A DNA stretch of 48,021 bases from a virus: positions 1 through 48,021 of IMG/VR virus record IMGVR_UViG_3300037721_000009. One strand, written 5' to 3'. The position numbers and the translations under genes are program-made. Shown one piece after another: positions 29,451 through 36,862 of this stretch. The number at the start of each line of letters is the position of its first letter. Position 1 is the first letter of the stretch. The notes under the pieces were generated by a model. The model worked only from the letters and a program-made list of their open reading frames with translations. It did no database searches and was not told the DNA's origin.

Positions 29451-31246
29451 CAATTCAGCTAAGGGATTACCAGCGGGACGCGTTCGACAAGGTTATCGAA
29501 CACTTCAGGTCGGCAAAGGGTAACGAGCCGGCGTTCGTCGATATGAGTGTTGGCTCAGGAAAGACGGCTCTAGCCGCTTTCGTCGCCAATCATACCGCCA
29601 GCAAGGGCGGGCGCGGAATGTTGATTGCGCGGCAGTCAGAGCTTGTTCTTCAGTCAGGCCAGTTCATGGAGAGTATCAACCTAAAGGTTAGCTACTACTC
29701 AAATGGCTTGGGCAGCAAGAACGCGCATCACAACGTCATCTGCGGCACAGAAGGCACAGTTGTTCGCGCATTGGATACAGCTTTTCAGAGCTGGAAGCCT
29801 GACTTCGTGATCCTTGATGAATGTCACATGATCAACTACGAAAACGAAGAATCGATGATGATGAAGATCATTATCCACTTCCAGACTCTAAACCCAAAGG
29901 TTCGCATACTTGGGCTGACCGGCTCACCATTCAGGGGTGTCGAGCCTATCCTCGGAGACTTCTGGACAAAATGCCTGTACGAGATATCAACCGAGTTTTT
30001 GGTTGGCGAGGGCTGGTTATGTGGCCCTGAATTCGGATGGCCCGAGCACCAAGAGGATACTTTCAACTTCGACCAGCTTGAGCAGAAATACGGAACGCAC
30101 GAATTCACCGATGAGCAGATGGATGAATTCCGCAATGGCGACCCCAAGCTAACAGCTCGTATTATGGCGGAGGTGGTTCACCGCACGTCTGAGGATCTTG
30201 GGGTCCTGATCTTTGCGCAGACAAAGAAGCATTGCCAAGAGGTAGCGGATTCGTTGCCGCCTGGAAGCTGGGGGATCATCACCGACGACTCTACAGACGC
30301 TGAGCGTGCAGATGTATTCGCTAAGGCTAAGTCAGGCGCCATCAAGTATACGATCAACGTAGGAGTATGCAGTACGGGGTGGGACTGCCCATACTGGCAG
30401 GTGGTTATCTACCTTCGCCGTATTGGGTCACTCGTGTTCTTCATTCAGTCTATGGGGCGCGCTGCTCGCCTCTTTATTGAGTCCGGCGTGGACATGGGCC
30501 AGATAACGAAAGAGGAGCGCCTGCTTGAGATCGCTGCAAGCCGCAAGCCTAACTTCAAGGTGCTTGACTTTGCCGGTGGTGTCGAGAAGCTTATCCAGCT
30601 TTACGAGAACGAATTCCTTGCGCAAGCTCAATTTGAGAAGTCCAAGCGCGAAGGTAGTGTTATCTATTGCCCTAAATGCAGCTGCGAGAATTCGGACAAG
30701 GCAAGGCGCTGCATTGGTACGTCAAGCACGGGTGTGCGCTGTGATTTCTTTTGGATAAAGACTGATTGCCGGCAATGCGGTGCGCACAATGACGTAACGG
30801 CTAGAGAGTGCCGCCTATGTAAATGTGAACTGATCGACCCAAACCTCAAGCTTCTACACAAAGCCTACACAGACCAAGAGCTAGTCGCGGTCGAGAGGTG
30901 GGAGTTTGACAAGACAAAGAACGGCGGGCTTCTGGTCCGATACATCCTTGAAGGCGATAAGCCTGACCATGGTTGGCCGATTGAGTTCTACGCGCCATGC
31001 GGTAGCCAGACGGCTAAGCGTGTCTGGTACAACAACTTCGTTAAGCTGCACGTTCGCTGTCCGAAGTGGCAGTCGAAAATCTATGTGATGCGTTCGGTTG
31101 ACGCGATCTTGGGCATGAAGGCGGCGTTTAGTCGGCCTACGCATATTGCCTATCGCGTGAATGAAAAAGGCAAGCATGTTATCGGGCGCCGTAAGTTTAA
31201 CAACGGCGAGACGCTGGATCAGAAGGGAGCGACTGTAAATGAGTGA
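29420..31246 (+). CDS. Superfamily-2 DEAD/DEAH-type helicase with C-terminal Zn-ribbon cluster (608 aa; start uncertain)
   Basis: Track ORF. Walker A is VGSGKT and motif II is DECH. C-terminal pattern: CPKCSC...ARRC...CRQCG...CRLCKC. ATG 29420 has no SD. TTG 29447 has SD gggag and forms a TTGA overlap with the HNH stop. Confidence 0.85.
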   Translation: MGSEKREITLTIQLRDYQRDAFDKVIEHFRSAKGNEPAFVDMSVGSGKTALAAFVANHTASKGGRGMLIARQSELVLQSGQFMESINLKVSYYSNGLGSKNAHHNVICGTEGTVVRALDTAFQSWKPDFVILDECHMINYENEESMMMKIIIHFQTLNPKVRILGLTGSPFRGVEPILGDFWTKCLYEISTEFLVGEGWLCGPEFGWPEHQEDTFNFDQLEQKYGTHEFTDEQMDEFRNGDPKLTARIMAEVVHRTSEDLGVLIFAQTKKHCQEVADSLPPGSWGIITDDSTDAERADVFAKAKSGAIKYTINVGVCSTGWDCPYWQVVIYLRRIGSLVFFIQSMGRAARLFIESGVDMGQITKEERLLEIAASRKPNFKVLDFAGGVEKLIQLYENEFLAQAQFEKSKREGSVIYCPKCSCENSDKARRCIGTSSTGVRCDFFWIKTDCRQCGAHNDVTARECRLCKCELIDPNLKLLHKAYTDQELVAVERWEFDKTKNGGLLVRYILEGDKPDHGWPIEFYAPCGSQTAKRVWYNNFVKLHVRCPKWQSKIYVMRSVDAILGMKAAFSRPTHIAYRVNEKGKHVIGRRKFNNGETLDQKGATVNE

Positions 31247-31400
31247 TGTAAAGCCGTGCGAGTGGTGCTTCCAAGACTGGGAGGATAACGAGGATTTTAA
31301 GGGTACTGTCTTGTATCCGGAGTGCGGCGATGGCTGCTGCTGGAACCGAAAGACGTGCGAGGAGTGCGGTGGCACTGGCGAGGCTCCGACTGATGATTGA
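31239..31400 (+). CDS. DnaJ-type Zn-finger mini-protein (53 aa)
   Basis: Hand-found ORF: MSDVKPCEWCFQDWEDNEDFKGTVLYPECGDGCCWNRKTCEECGGTGEAPTDD. It overlaps the helicase stop and the VRR-NUC start. Confidence 0.5.
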   Translation: MSDVKPCEWCFQDWEDNEDFKGTVLYPECGDGCCWNRKTCEECGGTGEAPTDD

Positions 31401-31821
31401 ACGCATCGAACAGAAGGGCGGCTACTACCTGTACCGCCCGCGAGTGAATCCAGCCAAGTGCAGGCCTGAGACGCCCGAGCAGATCGACTTCGTTGCCTGG
31501 GTTCGCTATAACCATCCAGAGCATGCGGACATGATGATTCACGTAGCCAACGAGGGCGATCAGTCACCGCAGTATCGGCAGCAGCTCTACAAGATGGGCT
31601 TGCTAAAGGGTGCGTCGGACCTGCTGCTATTCATTGGCCCTGGGTGCGCAATCGAGATGAAGCAGTGCAAGTGGTCGGCAACGACAAAGCCCGAACAGAA
31701 GGACTTCCTCGGTCGGTGGGTCGCGTTCGGGAAGTTCGGCGCAGTCTGCCACGGATGCGAGGCTGCTAAATTCGCATTCCTTGAGTATTTATCCCTTGAC
31801 TGGAATCATCCCAAGGTCTAA
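31393..31821 (+). CDS. VRR-NUC domain nuclease (142 aa)
   Basis: Track ORF 31330..31821 trimmed to ATG 31393. PD-(D/E)xK-type motif: ..GASDLLLF...AIEMKQCK.. Confidence 0.7.
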   Translation: MIERIEQKGGYYLYRPRVNPAKCRPETPEQIDFVAWVRYNHPEHADMMIHVANEGDQSPQYRQQLYKMGLLKGASDLLLFIGPGCAIEMKQCKWSATTKPEQKDFLGRWVAFGKFGAVCHGCEAAKFAFLEYLSLDWNHPKV

Positions 31822-31852
31822 GGTTCGGGTTACAAATTCAGCGGAGGTGGTT

Positions 31853-32146
31853 ATGAGCGAAGAATGGAAGGTAGTCCCAGGCTATTACCCGGGCTTTCTG
31901 GATATTGTCGGGGCGTCGTTTAAGGTTAGCGTGGTGACTGATGCGATTGATCTGACGCTGGACGATCACATTGCGAGGGTGCGGGATACGCATATCATGG
32001 CGGCGGGTAAGGATTTGCTTGAGGCGCTGGAGCTAATGGTAAATGACTCGAACGGAAGAGGCTTGAGCCAAGAGGAATGCGACGAACAAGACGCTATCCT
32101 TGCAAAAGCACGCTCCGCCATCGACAAAGCACGGGGGCATGTATGA
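31853..32146 (+). CDS. Hypothetical protein (97 aa)
   Basis: Track ORF 31781..32146 trimmed to ATG 31853 (SD ggaggtgg). Confidence 0.55.
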   Translation: MSEEWKVVPGYYPGFLDIVGASFKVSVVTDAIDLTLDDHIARVRDTHIMAAGKDLLEALELMVNDSNGRGLSQEECDEQDAILAKARSAIDKARGHV

Positions 32147-32364
32147 ACAATTATCCGAAATGGGAAGAAGGTCCATCCGACGCGACCCACTGGTGCGCAG
32201 AAGGTGAAGATTTTTATGAGTCTTGGTACAAGCTTGATCGAAATGGTAGCTGGTCATGCATTTCTTGTGACGCATGGACCGCGTTCAAATCTAGCTGGTA
32301 TGGGCTAGGTCAGACAAATCCTCGTCATGGCGAAACCATGGTCATGAGGGGTGATGAGCAATGA
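32143..32364 (+). CDS. Hypothetical protein (73 aa)
   Basis: Track ORF 32077..32364 trimmed to ATG 32143 (ATGA overlap). Confidence 0.5.
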   Translation: MNNYPKWEEGPSDATHWCAEGEDFYESWYKLDRNGSWSCISCDAWTAFKSSWYGLGQTNPRHGETMVMRGDEQ

Positions 32365-32489
32365 CCTACCGCGACGCACTCTGGACAGCAATCATCGGCG
32401 AGGCTGATAAGTTTGGGCGTCGGATCACAAGAGCTAGGCGGGATCGGTATATGAAATTGGCGCGATATTTTGAGAGGGTTGCAAAATGA
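32361..32489 (+). CDS. Hypothetical basic small protein (42 aa)
   Basis: Hand-found ORF: MTYRDALWTAIIGEADKFGRRITRARRDRYMKLARYFERVAK. It has ATGA overlaps at both ends. Confidence 0.4.
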   Translation: MTYRDALWTAIIGEADKFGRRITRARRDRYMKLARYFERVAK

Positions 32490-32698
32490 GCGAATGGACA
32501 AGCGTTAAAGATTTTCCGCCACAAGCAGGTTCGTATCTACTGACTCTTGGTGATGGCAGTATGGCCGTAGGTTACTGGGACGCATGGAAAGAATGGTCTC
32601 CTAGTGGTGTTTATGCGACATATGATGGTTGCGGCACGGTTGCTTTCGATGCTGCGCCTGCGTACTGGCAAGATCTTCCGGAGGCGCCATCTAAATGA
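32486..32698 (+). CDS. DUF551-like small protein (70 aa)
   Basis: Track ORF. MSEWTSVKDFPP...YWQDLPEAP fits the remembered DUF551 pattern. Confidence 0.5.
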   Translation: MSEWTSVKDFPPQAGSYLLTLGDGSMAVGYWDAWKEWSPSGVYATYDGCGTVAFDAAPAYWQDLPEAPSK

Positions 32699-33555
32699 CA
32701 GCAATAGCACAATGGACAATGAAGCCAGGCATCTACACGGCTGACCAACTTTCTAATAGTGAGTACCATGCAGGCCCAGGCATTAGCTGCACAGGCCTGA
32801 AGAAGATCGCAGTCAGTCCGGCACACTTCAAGAATGGAGATTTCAAGCAGACTGCTGCAATGGCGATGGGCAGCGCAACCCACTCAGCGATCCTTGAGCC
32901 TGATTCGTTCGCCAAGCAGTACGTCACGTTACCAGCCGGAAAAGATCGTCGCTCAGCAGAGTACAAGGCTCTCTGTGCGGCTCGCGGAACTGACAACGTG
33001 CTTGTGTCGGCTGATGCTAGCCAGATCAGCGCCATGCAGTCAGCAGTACGCGCTAACCCAGTCGCTAACAAGTGGCTGTATCAGGAGCAAGGACGCAACG
33101 AGCTGTCGGTATACGCCAAAGATCCAGAGACCGGCGTGCTTGTTCGCTGCCGGTTTGACAGGTTGCTTGATCGTGGGTTTTCGCCGGATCTGAAGACTAC
33201 GACTGACGCCAGTCCGCGTGGGTTTAGCAACATTATTTCAAAATACGGTTACGCCTTTCAGGCCGCCCTGTATCTAGATACTTATTTTTGGGCTACCGGT
33301 GATCGTCTTTCCGGGTTCGGATTTATTTGTGTCGAGAAGGCAGCCCCGTATAACGTGATGTGTTATCGACTCGACGACGAATCTATTGAGATTGGTCGGT
33401 ATCAATACAGGCAGGCACTTATCAAGTACGCGTCTTGCTTGGAGTCTGGGGTCTGGAGCGGATACGATGGCGCTGATGAAGAAACTCTCATCGGCCTCCC
33501 TAGCTGGCAAATTAGCCAGTACGAGGAAGGGCTTGAGATTGATCTAGAGGAATGA
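32695..33555 (+). CDS. PD-(D/E)XK exonuclease (RecE/Cas4-like PDDEXK_1 family, 286 aa)
   Basis: Track ORF with motifs ..CRFDRLLD.., ..PDLKTT.. and ..YGYAFQAALYLD.. (D, D/ExK, QxxxY). Confidence 0.75.
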   Translation: MTAIAQWTMKPGIYTADQLSNSEYHAGPGISCTGLKKIAVSPAHFKNGDFKQTAAMAMGSATHSAILEPDSFAKQYVTLPAGKDRRSAEYKALCAARGTDNVLVSADASQISAMQSAVRANPVANKWLYQEQGRNELSVYAKDPETGVLVRCRFDRLLDRGFSPDLKTTTDASPRGFSNIISKYGYAFQAALYLDTYFWATGDRLSGFGFICVEKAAPYNVMCYRLDDESIEIGRYQYRQALIKYASCLESGVWSGYDGADEETLIGLPSWQISQYEEGLEIDLEE

Positions 33556-33568
33556 ATGAAATGGGAAG

Positions 33569-34249
33569 CTATAAGAGCTTCCCGTTTTGTTTTGCAAATT
33601 CAAATGGGTCTTTTGCGCTTTTTGTCAGGTTGCATGATGGGCAAGCAAGCTGGATATTCGTTATAGAATTGGATCCTCCTTTGCTAATGGGCTGAATATG
33701 GTCAATGTGGTACTTCGAGACGCCTGACTGCTTTAGCTTCTTTTTGCAAATTGCGCACATCCCTCTCTGCTTTGAAAAAAGGATAGTTATCTCTTGAGCG
33801 GTAAAACTTCCGCCACCTCCGGCTATGATCGCCCTTCTTTTTTGGCAGTGAGCCCGCTTTGACATTGGGTTTTTATCTTTCCACGCTCGGCTAACGCTCA
33901 ATATTCTCTCTTTATGCCTTATATATCGGATGGCCGACCAAGCAGAAACCTTTTCTGGGTTTTCCTTTTTATAAGAGGCAACCTTAGCCTTCAGGCGACC
34001 CTTGTTCTCATTGTAATATTCTTTATGCTGCTTTCTTATTTCGTCTCTATTTTCCGAATATCTCTTAGCCTTCCTTTCCTTCTCGGACTGCTTATTCTCT
34101 TCCTGCCAAGCTCTTGCGCACTCTTGACACCCGCCATTATCCGTCCTCCTTTCTGAAAAATGATTGTTGGAGCACAGCCTGTGGCTGACGTAATGAGATA
34201 GTCCTGATTCTATCGCTATAGACCTTTTGATTATGTGTAGATGCTTCAC
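33569..34249 (-). CDS. HNH endonuclease, paralogue of 28875..29450 (226 aa, GTG start)
   Basis: Track ORF. HNH core: KYHIDHIQPISKGGSNSITNIQLACPSCNLTKSAKDPFEFAKQNGKLL. It is AT-richer than its neighbours. GTGA overlap with the XRE gene stop. Confidence 0.8.
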   Translation of the reverse strand: MKHLHIIKRSIAIESGLSHYVSHRLCSNNHFSERRTDNGGCQECARAWQEENKQSEKERKAKRYSENRDEIRKQHKEYYNENKGRLKAKVASYKKENPEKVSAWSAIRYIRHKERILSVSRAWKDKNPMSKRAHCQKRRAIIAGGGGSFTAQEITILFSKQRGMCAICKKKLKQSGVSKYHIDHIQPISKGGSNSITNIQLACPSCNLTKSAKDPFEFAKQNGKLL

Positions 34250-34419
34250 GCACGACCCTCCAGGTATGCAGTCAAGCGCTCAAGGGTCTGTGCCGTGGGG
34301 TTTGATGATTCGTCGTTGATCAGCTTCCACATCTGCTGCCTGTGCATTCCGATGGACCGAGACACGGCAGAAAGATTCATGTCTTTCAATTTTTCTCGTA
34401 TTTCCTGTAGACTCAGCAT
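34246..34419 (-). CDS. XRE/Cro-like HTH regulator (57 aa)
   Basis: Track ORF 34246..34461 (GTG) trimmed to ATG 34419, downstream of the predicted promoter. HTH: LSAVSRSIGMHRQQMWKLIND. Confidence 0.65.
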   Translation of the reverse strand: MLSLQEIREKLKDMNLSAVSRSIGMHRQQMWKLINDESSNPTAQTLERLTAYLEGRA

Positions 34420-34424
34420 CTGAA

Positions 34425-34454
34425 TTGACCTATGATCGTTTTCGAGTTTACATT
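34425..34454 (+). promoter_or_regulatory. Sigma70-like promoter TTGACC-18-TACATT (plus strand)
   Basis: It lies in the 56-bp divergent region before ATG 34476 (SD aagga). Confidence 0.4.
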
Positions 34455-34460
34455 TTACCA
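34452..34460 (-). promoter_or_regulatory. Extended -10 promoter TGgTAAAAT (minus strand) for the XRE-HNH unit
   Basis: The reverse complement of attttacca. About 26 nt of leader separates it from ATG 34419. Confidence 0.5.
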
Positions 34461-34475
34461 CAAAGGATATTTTAA

Positions 34476-35036
34476 ATGACTGATTTGACCAACCTTCGCG
34501 AAACCATTACCCCCAAGTCGGATCGCGTCAACGCTGACGACTTCCTAGCTGGCCCAGAGACAGTAAAGATAACTGCCGTCAAGCGTGGCGATTCAGAGTC
34601 ACCAGTAGCCGTTCATCTTGAAGGACGCAAGCCTTGGTTCCCTTGCAAATCCATGAGAAGGGTTCTCATTACAGCTTACGGAGACTCGGGCGCTGATTGG
34701 GTTGGCAAGTCGGTAACCCTGTTCTGCGATCCTGCTGTGCGTTTCGGCGGTGTTGCGGTTGGCGGCATTCGAATTGCGGCGCTATCCGATATCGAGTCAG
34801 ATCTTGCTATCTCGCTGACGACCACTCGCGGAAAACGCTCACCTTTCACTGTCAAAAAACTTAACACTTCGGTCTATCCAGAATCGAAATTCAATGATAA
34901 TCTTTCGGCCTGGCTAGCAGCTATCGCAGCAGGCAAGGCCACCGCAGATCAGATAATCCAGAAGGTCGAACAGACAGGTAGTCTTACCGAAGCTCAGAAA
35001 CAATCCATTAAAAATCCGCAAGAGGCTGCAAAATGA
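34476..35036 (+). CDS. Conserved phage protein of unknown function (186 aa)
   Basis: Track ORF. It is translationally coupled (ATGA) to the SSB-tip protein. No family name recalled. Confidence 0.6.
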   Translation: MTDLTNLRETITPKSDRVNADDFLAGPETVKITAVKRGDSESPVAVHLEGRKPWFPCKSMRRVLITAYGDSGADWVGKSVTLFCDPAVRFGGVAVGGIRIAALSDIESDLAISLTTTRGKRSPFTVKKLNTSVYPESKFNDNLSAWLAAIAAGKATADQIIQKVEQTGSLTEAQKQSIKNPQEAAK

Positions 35037-35293
35037 CTCAGCAATACGATAACAACCTGACCGGCGTCCTGTTCAAGAATGATAAGGGCGACAACGAAAA
35101 ACGCCCAGACTACAAGGGCAGCGCCGAGATTGAAGGCGTTCACTACTGGGTCAGTTCGTGGATTCGCGACGGCGCCAAAGGAAAGTTCATGTCGATGAAG
35201 TACGAGAAGAAAGAGCAGCAACCATCTGGAAGCACTCCAGCGCCTAAACCTCCAGCACAAGACGAAATAGACGACCTCGATATTCCATTTTGA
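35033..35293 (+). CDS. Mini SSB-like protein (86 aa) with Pro/Gln linker and C-terminal acidic tip ..DEIDDLDIPF
   Basis: Track ORF. The core (NLTGVLFKNDKGDNEKRPDYKGSAEIEGVHYWVSSWIRDGAKGKFMSMKY) resembles DUF736-type small proteins. The C-terminus mimics the bacterial SSB tip (..DDDIPF). Confidence 0.6.
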   Translation: MTQQYDNNLTGVLFKNDKGDNEKRPDYKGSAEIEGVHYWVSSWIRDGAKGKFMSMKYEKKEQQPSGSTPAPKPPAQDEIDDLDIPF

Positions 35294-35341
35294 TCTAACA
35301 ACAAAGCCCCGCTAACCACGGGGCAATCCACTGGAGGAAAT

Positions 35342-35719
35342 ATGAAAATCCTACAATCCGCACCAGATGGCGGAAAATCTTCAGGTGTAAAGGCGTACTT
35401 TCTTTTTGAAAGCAAGCGATTCGGAAGCATCGCGATTTTGCGATTCTCCAAGGGAAGCCGAGAAGCATTCCACTCGCACGCATTCCATGCGTTGACGTGG
35501 TGGCTAAAAGGATGCGTTACTGAGCACCACGTTTCTGGTTATTCAATGGAATGGAGTCCTTCTTTTATGCCCAAGATTACTCGTCGCTCATGTTTTCACA
35601 AAGTAGAGGCACACGAGGTTACTTGGGCCCTCACTATTCGTGGTCCTTGGGCTGATCAATGGAAAGAAAAGCGCGGCGATCAGATTGTTACGCTGACTCA
35701 TGGTCGCTTGGAAATCTAG
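35342..35719 (+). CDS. Hypothetical protein (125 aa), His-rich (..FHSHAFHALTWW..)
   Basis: Track ORF. SD ggagg lies upstream. Confidence 0.55.
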   Translation: MKILQSAPDGGKSSGVKAYFLFESKRFGSIAILRFSKGSREAFHSHAFHALTWWLKGCVTEHHVSGYSMEWSPSFMPKITRRSCFHKVEAHEVTWALTIRGPWADQWKEKRGDQIVTLTHGRLEI

Positions 35720-35728
35720 GAGGGGCAT

Positions 35729-35896
35729 ATGCGAAAACTAACAAAGGAAGACGTAGAGCAGATTCGCCAGCTAAACGAATGGAAGAAAGCCGAGGTTGCT
35801 CGGATTATTTCTATCGCTGGGGATCATGCGCTGGCTGAGAAATTTGGCGTTTCTCAGACGTGCATTTCTAAAATCGTGAACTACAGGACGTATTGA
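35729..35896 (+). CDS. Small HTH protein (55 aa)
   Basis: Hand-found ORF: MRKLTKEDVEQIRQLNEWKKAEVARIISIAGDHALAEKFGVSQTCISKIVNYRTY. SD taggagggg. Confidence 0.5.
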   Translation: MRKLTKEDVEQIRQLNEWKKAEVARIISIAGDHALAEKFGVSQTCISKIVNYRTY

Positions 35897-35897
35897 G

Positions 35898-36113
35898 ATG
35901 AACCGGGAAGAATACCTAAGTCGAGCGGTCGAGCTGGCACCTAGAGGCCGAGACTTACCGCAGGCAAAGCTTTACCCGTATCACGTCACTAGGATCAGGG
36001 AGCGCAGCGGTTACGGTGTGCCTAGGTGGTTTCTAGCCAAGGAATATGGCGTGCATCTGCGCACAATCGACAAGGTTTGCACTTACGAGACTTGGGTAAA
36101 CGTTCATGGCTAG
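35898..36113 (+). CDS. Small HTH protein (71 aa), related C-terminal motif to the previous ORF
   Basis: Track ORF. Compare ..LAKEYGVHLRTIDKVCTYETW.. with ..LAEKFGVSQTCISKIVNYRTY. Confidence 0.55.
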   Translation: MNREEYLSRAVELAPRGRDLPQAKLYPYHVTRIRERSGYGVPRWFLAKEYGVHLRTIDKVCTYETWVNVHG

Positions 36114-36666
36114 ATCAATCGTGGCTGAGGTTGAGGCAGAATATGGGGAGCCGTTTTGGGATGTGGTTAGAGGTTTTGCTGCTGATAACTACTCTCTCAA
36201 TACGACAGCCAAAATAATTGGCTATAAAAACCCTCAAGGTCTTCGCGGCCTCATAAATCGTTCAGGCGTTTCAATTGATTGGCCGAAGTGGGGAAGCTGT
36301 AACGCCATGCAGGATCGCGGGGCTAGAACTCCGGAGGCAATCAAGAATGCTCGTGATGCCTCGTATGCCGCCCGTGACATGCTGTGCAAGCGATATGAGC
36401 GCGAGACTGGAGAGACTATCGGAGAGCTGGTTGAACGTCTTAGGCGCACGCACACGGTCACTGATGTTGCAAGGATCGCCGGCTGGAAGGATGATCAGGG
36501 GTTGCGCAAGTGGATGCGCACGAACAAGGTCAATGTAGTGTTCTTCAAGCGCCCATACAAGGCGCCTAAAGGTGTCGGATTTCAGTCGCCAGAAGGACGG
36601 GCGTTTATGGTTGGCCGCCGTAAGCGGCGCGAATCAGAGCATCGTGACGCTCAGAGCACTCTCTGA
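36106..36666 (+). CDS. Hypothetical protein with two HTH-like repeats (186 aa)
   Basis: Track ORF. Repeats: TTAKIIGYKNPQGLRGLINRSGVSIDW and VTDVARIAGWKDDQGLRKWMRTNKVNVVF. Its 3' end overlaps the o-spanin 3' end by 62 nt. Confidence 0.55.
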   Translation: MARSIVAEVEAEYGEPFWDVVRGFAADNYSLNTTAKIIGYKNPQGLRGLINRSGVSIDWPKWGSCNAMQDRGARTPEAIKNARDASYAARDMLCKRYERETGETIGELVERLRRTHTVTDVARIAGWKDDQGLRKWMRTNKVNVVFFKRPYKAPKGVGFQSPEGRAFMVGRRKRRESEHRDAQSTL

Positions 36667-36862
36667 GCGCAGCACCCCATTCAGTCAATGCCTTCAATGC
36701 ATCGGCTCCGGTAACGCCTTCTAGATCACTTGGGATCTGGCACGGCGTCAGTAGGCTTGCTTGTGATACGCCCGTTCTTTGCGTCGTTTGCGAGCTGCAC
36801 GCCACGAGGCTCCAGGCAAATATTGCGATACACAGGAAGCTCAACAATCTTTTCGCGTTCAC
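36605..36862 (-). CDS. o-spanin (outer-membrane lipoprotein, 85 aa; lipobox LVA-C)
   Basis: Track ORF. It starts inside the i-spanin gene in another frame and ends beyond it (overlapped architecture). Product starts MNAKRLLSFLCIAIFAWSLVACSS... Confidence 0.7.
   Translation of the reverse strand: MNAKRLLSFLCIAIFAWSLVACSSQTTQRTGVSQASLLTPCQIPSDLEGVTGADALKALTEWGAALRECSERHDALIRAAYGGQP

Noticed and set aside
30881-31567. 228-aa minus-strand ORF, and other antisense ORFs within 29836..31542
   Set aside because: They are antisense to the well-supported helicase, Zn-finger and VRR-NUC genes. The products are Ser/Arg/Pro-rich and of low complexity, and there is no SD.
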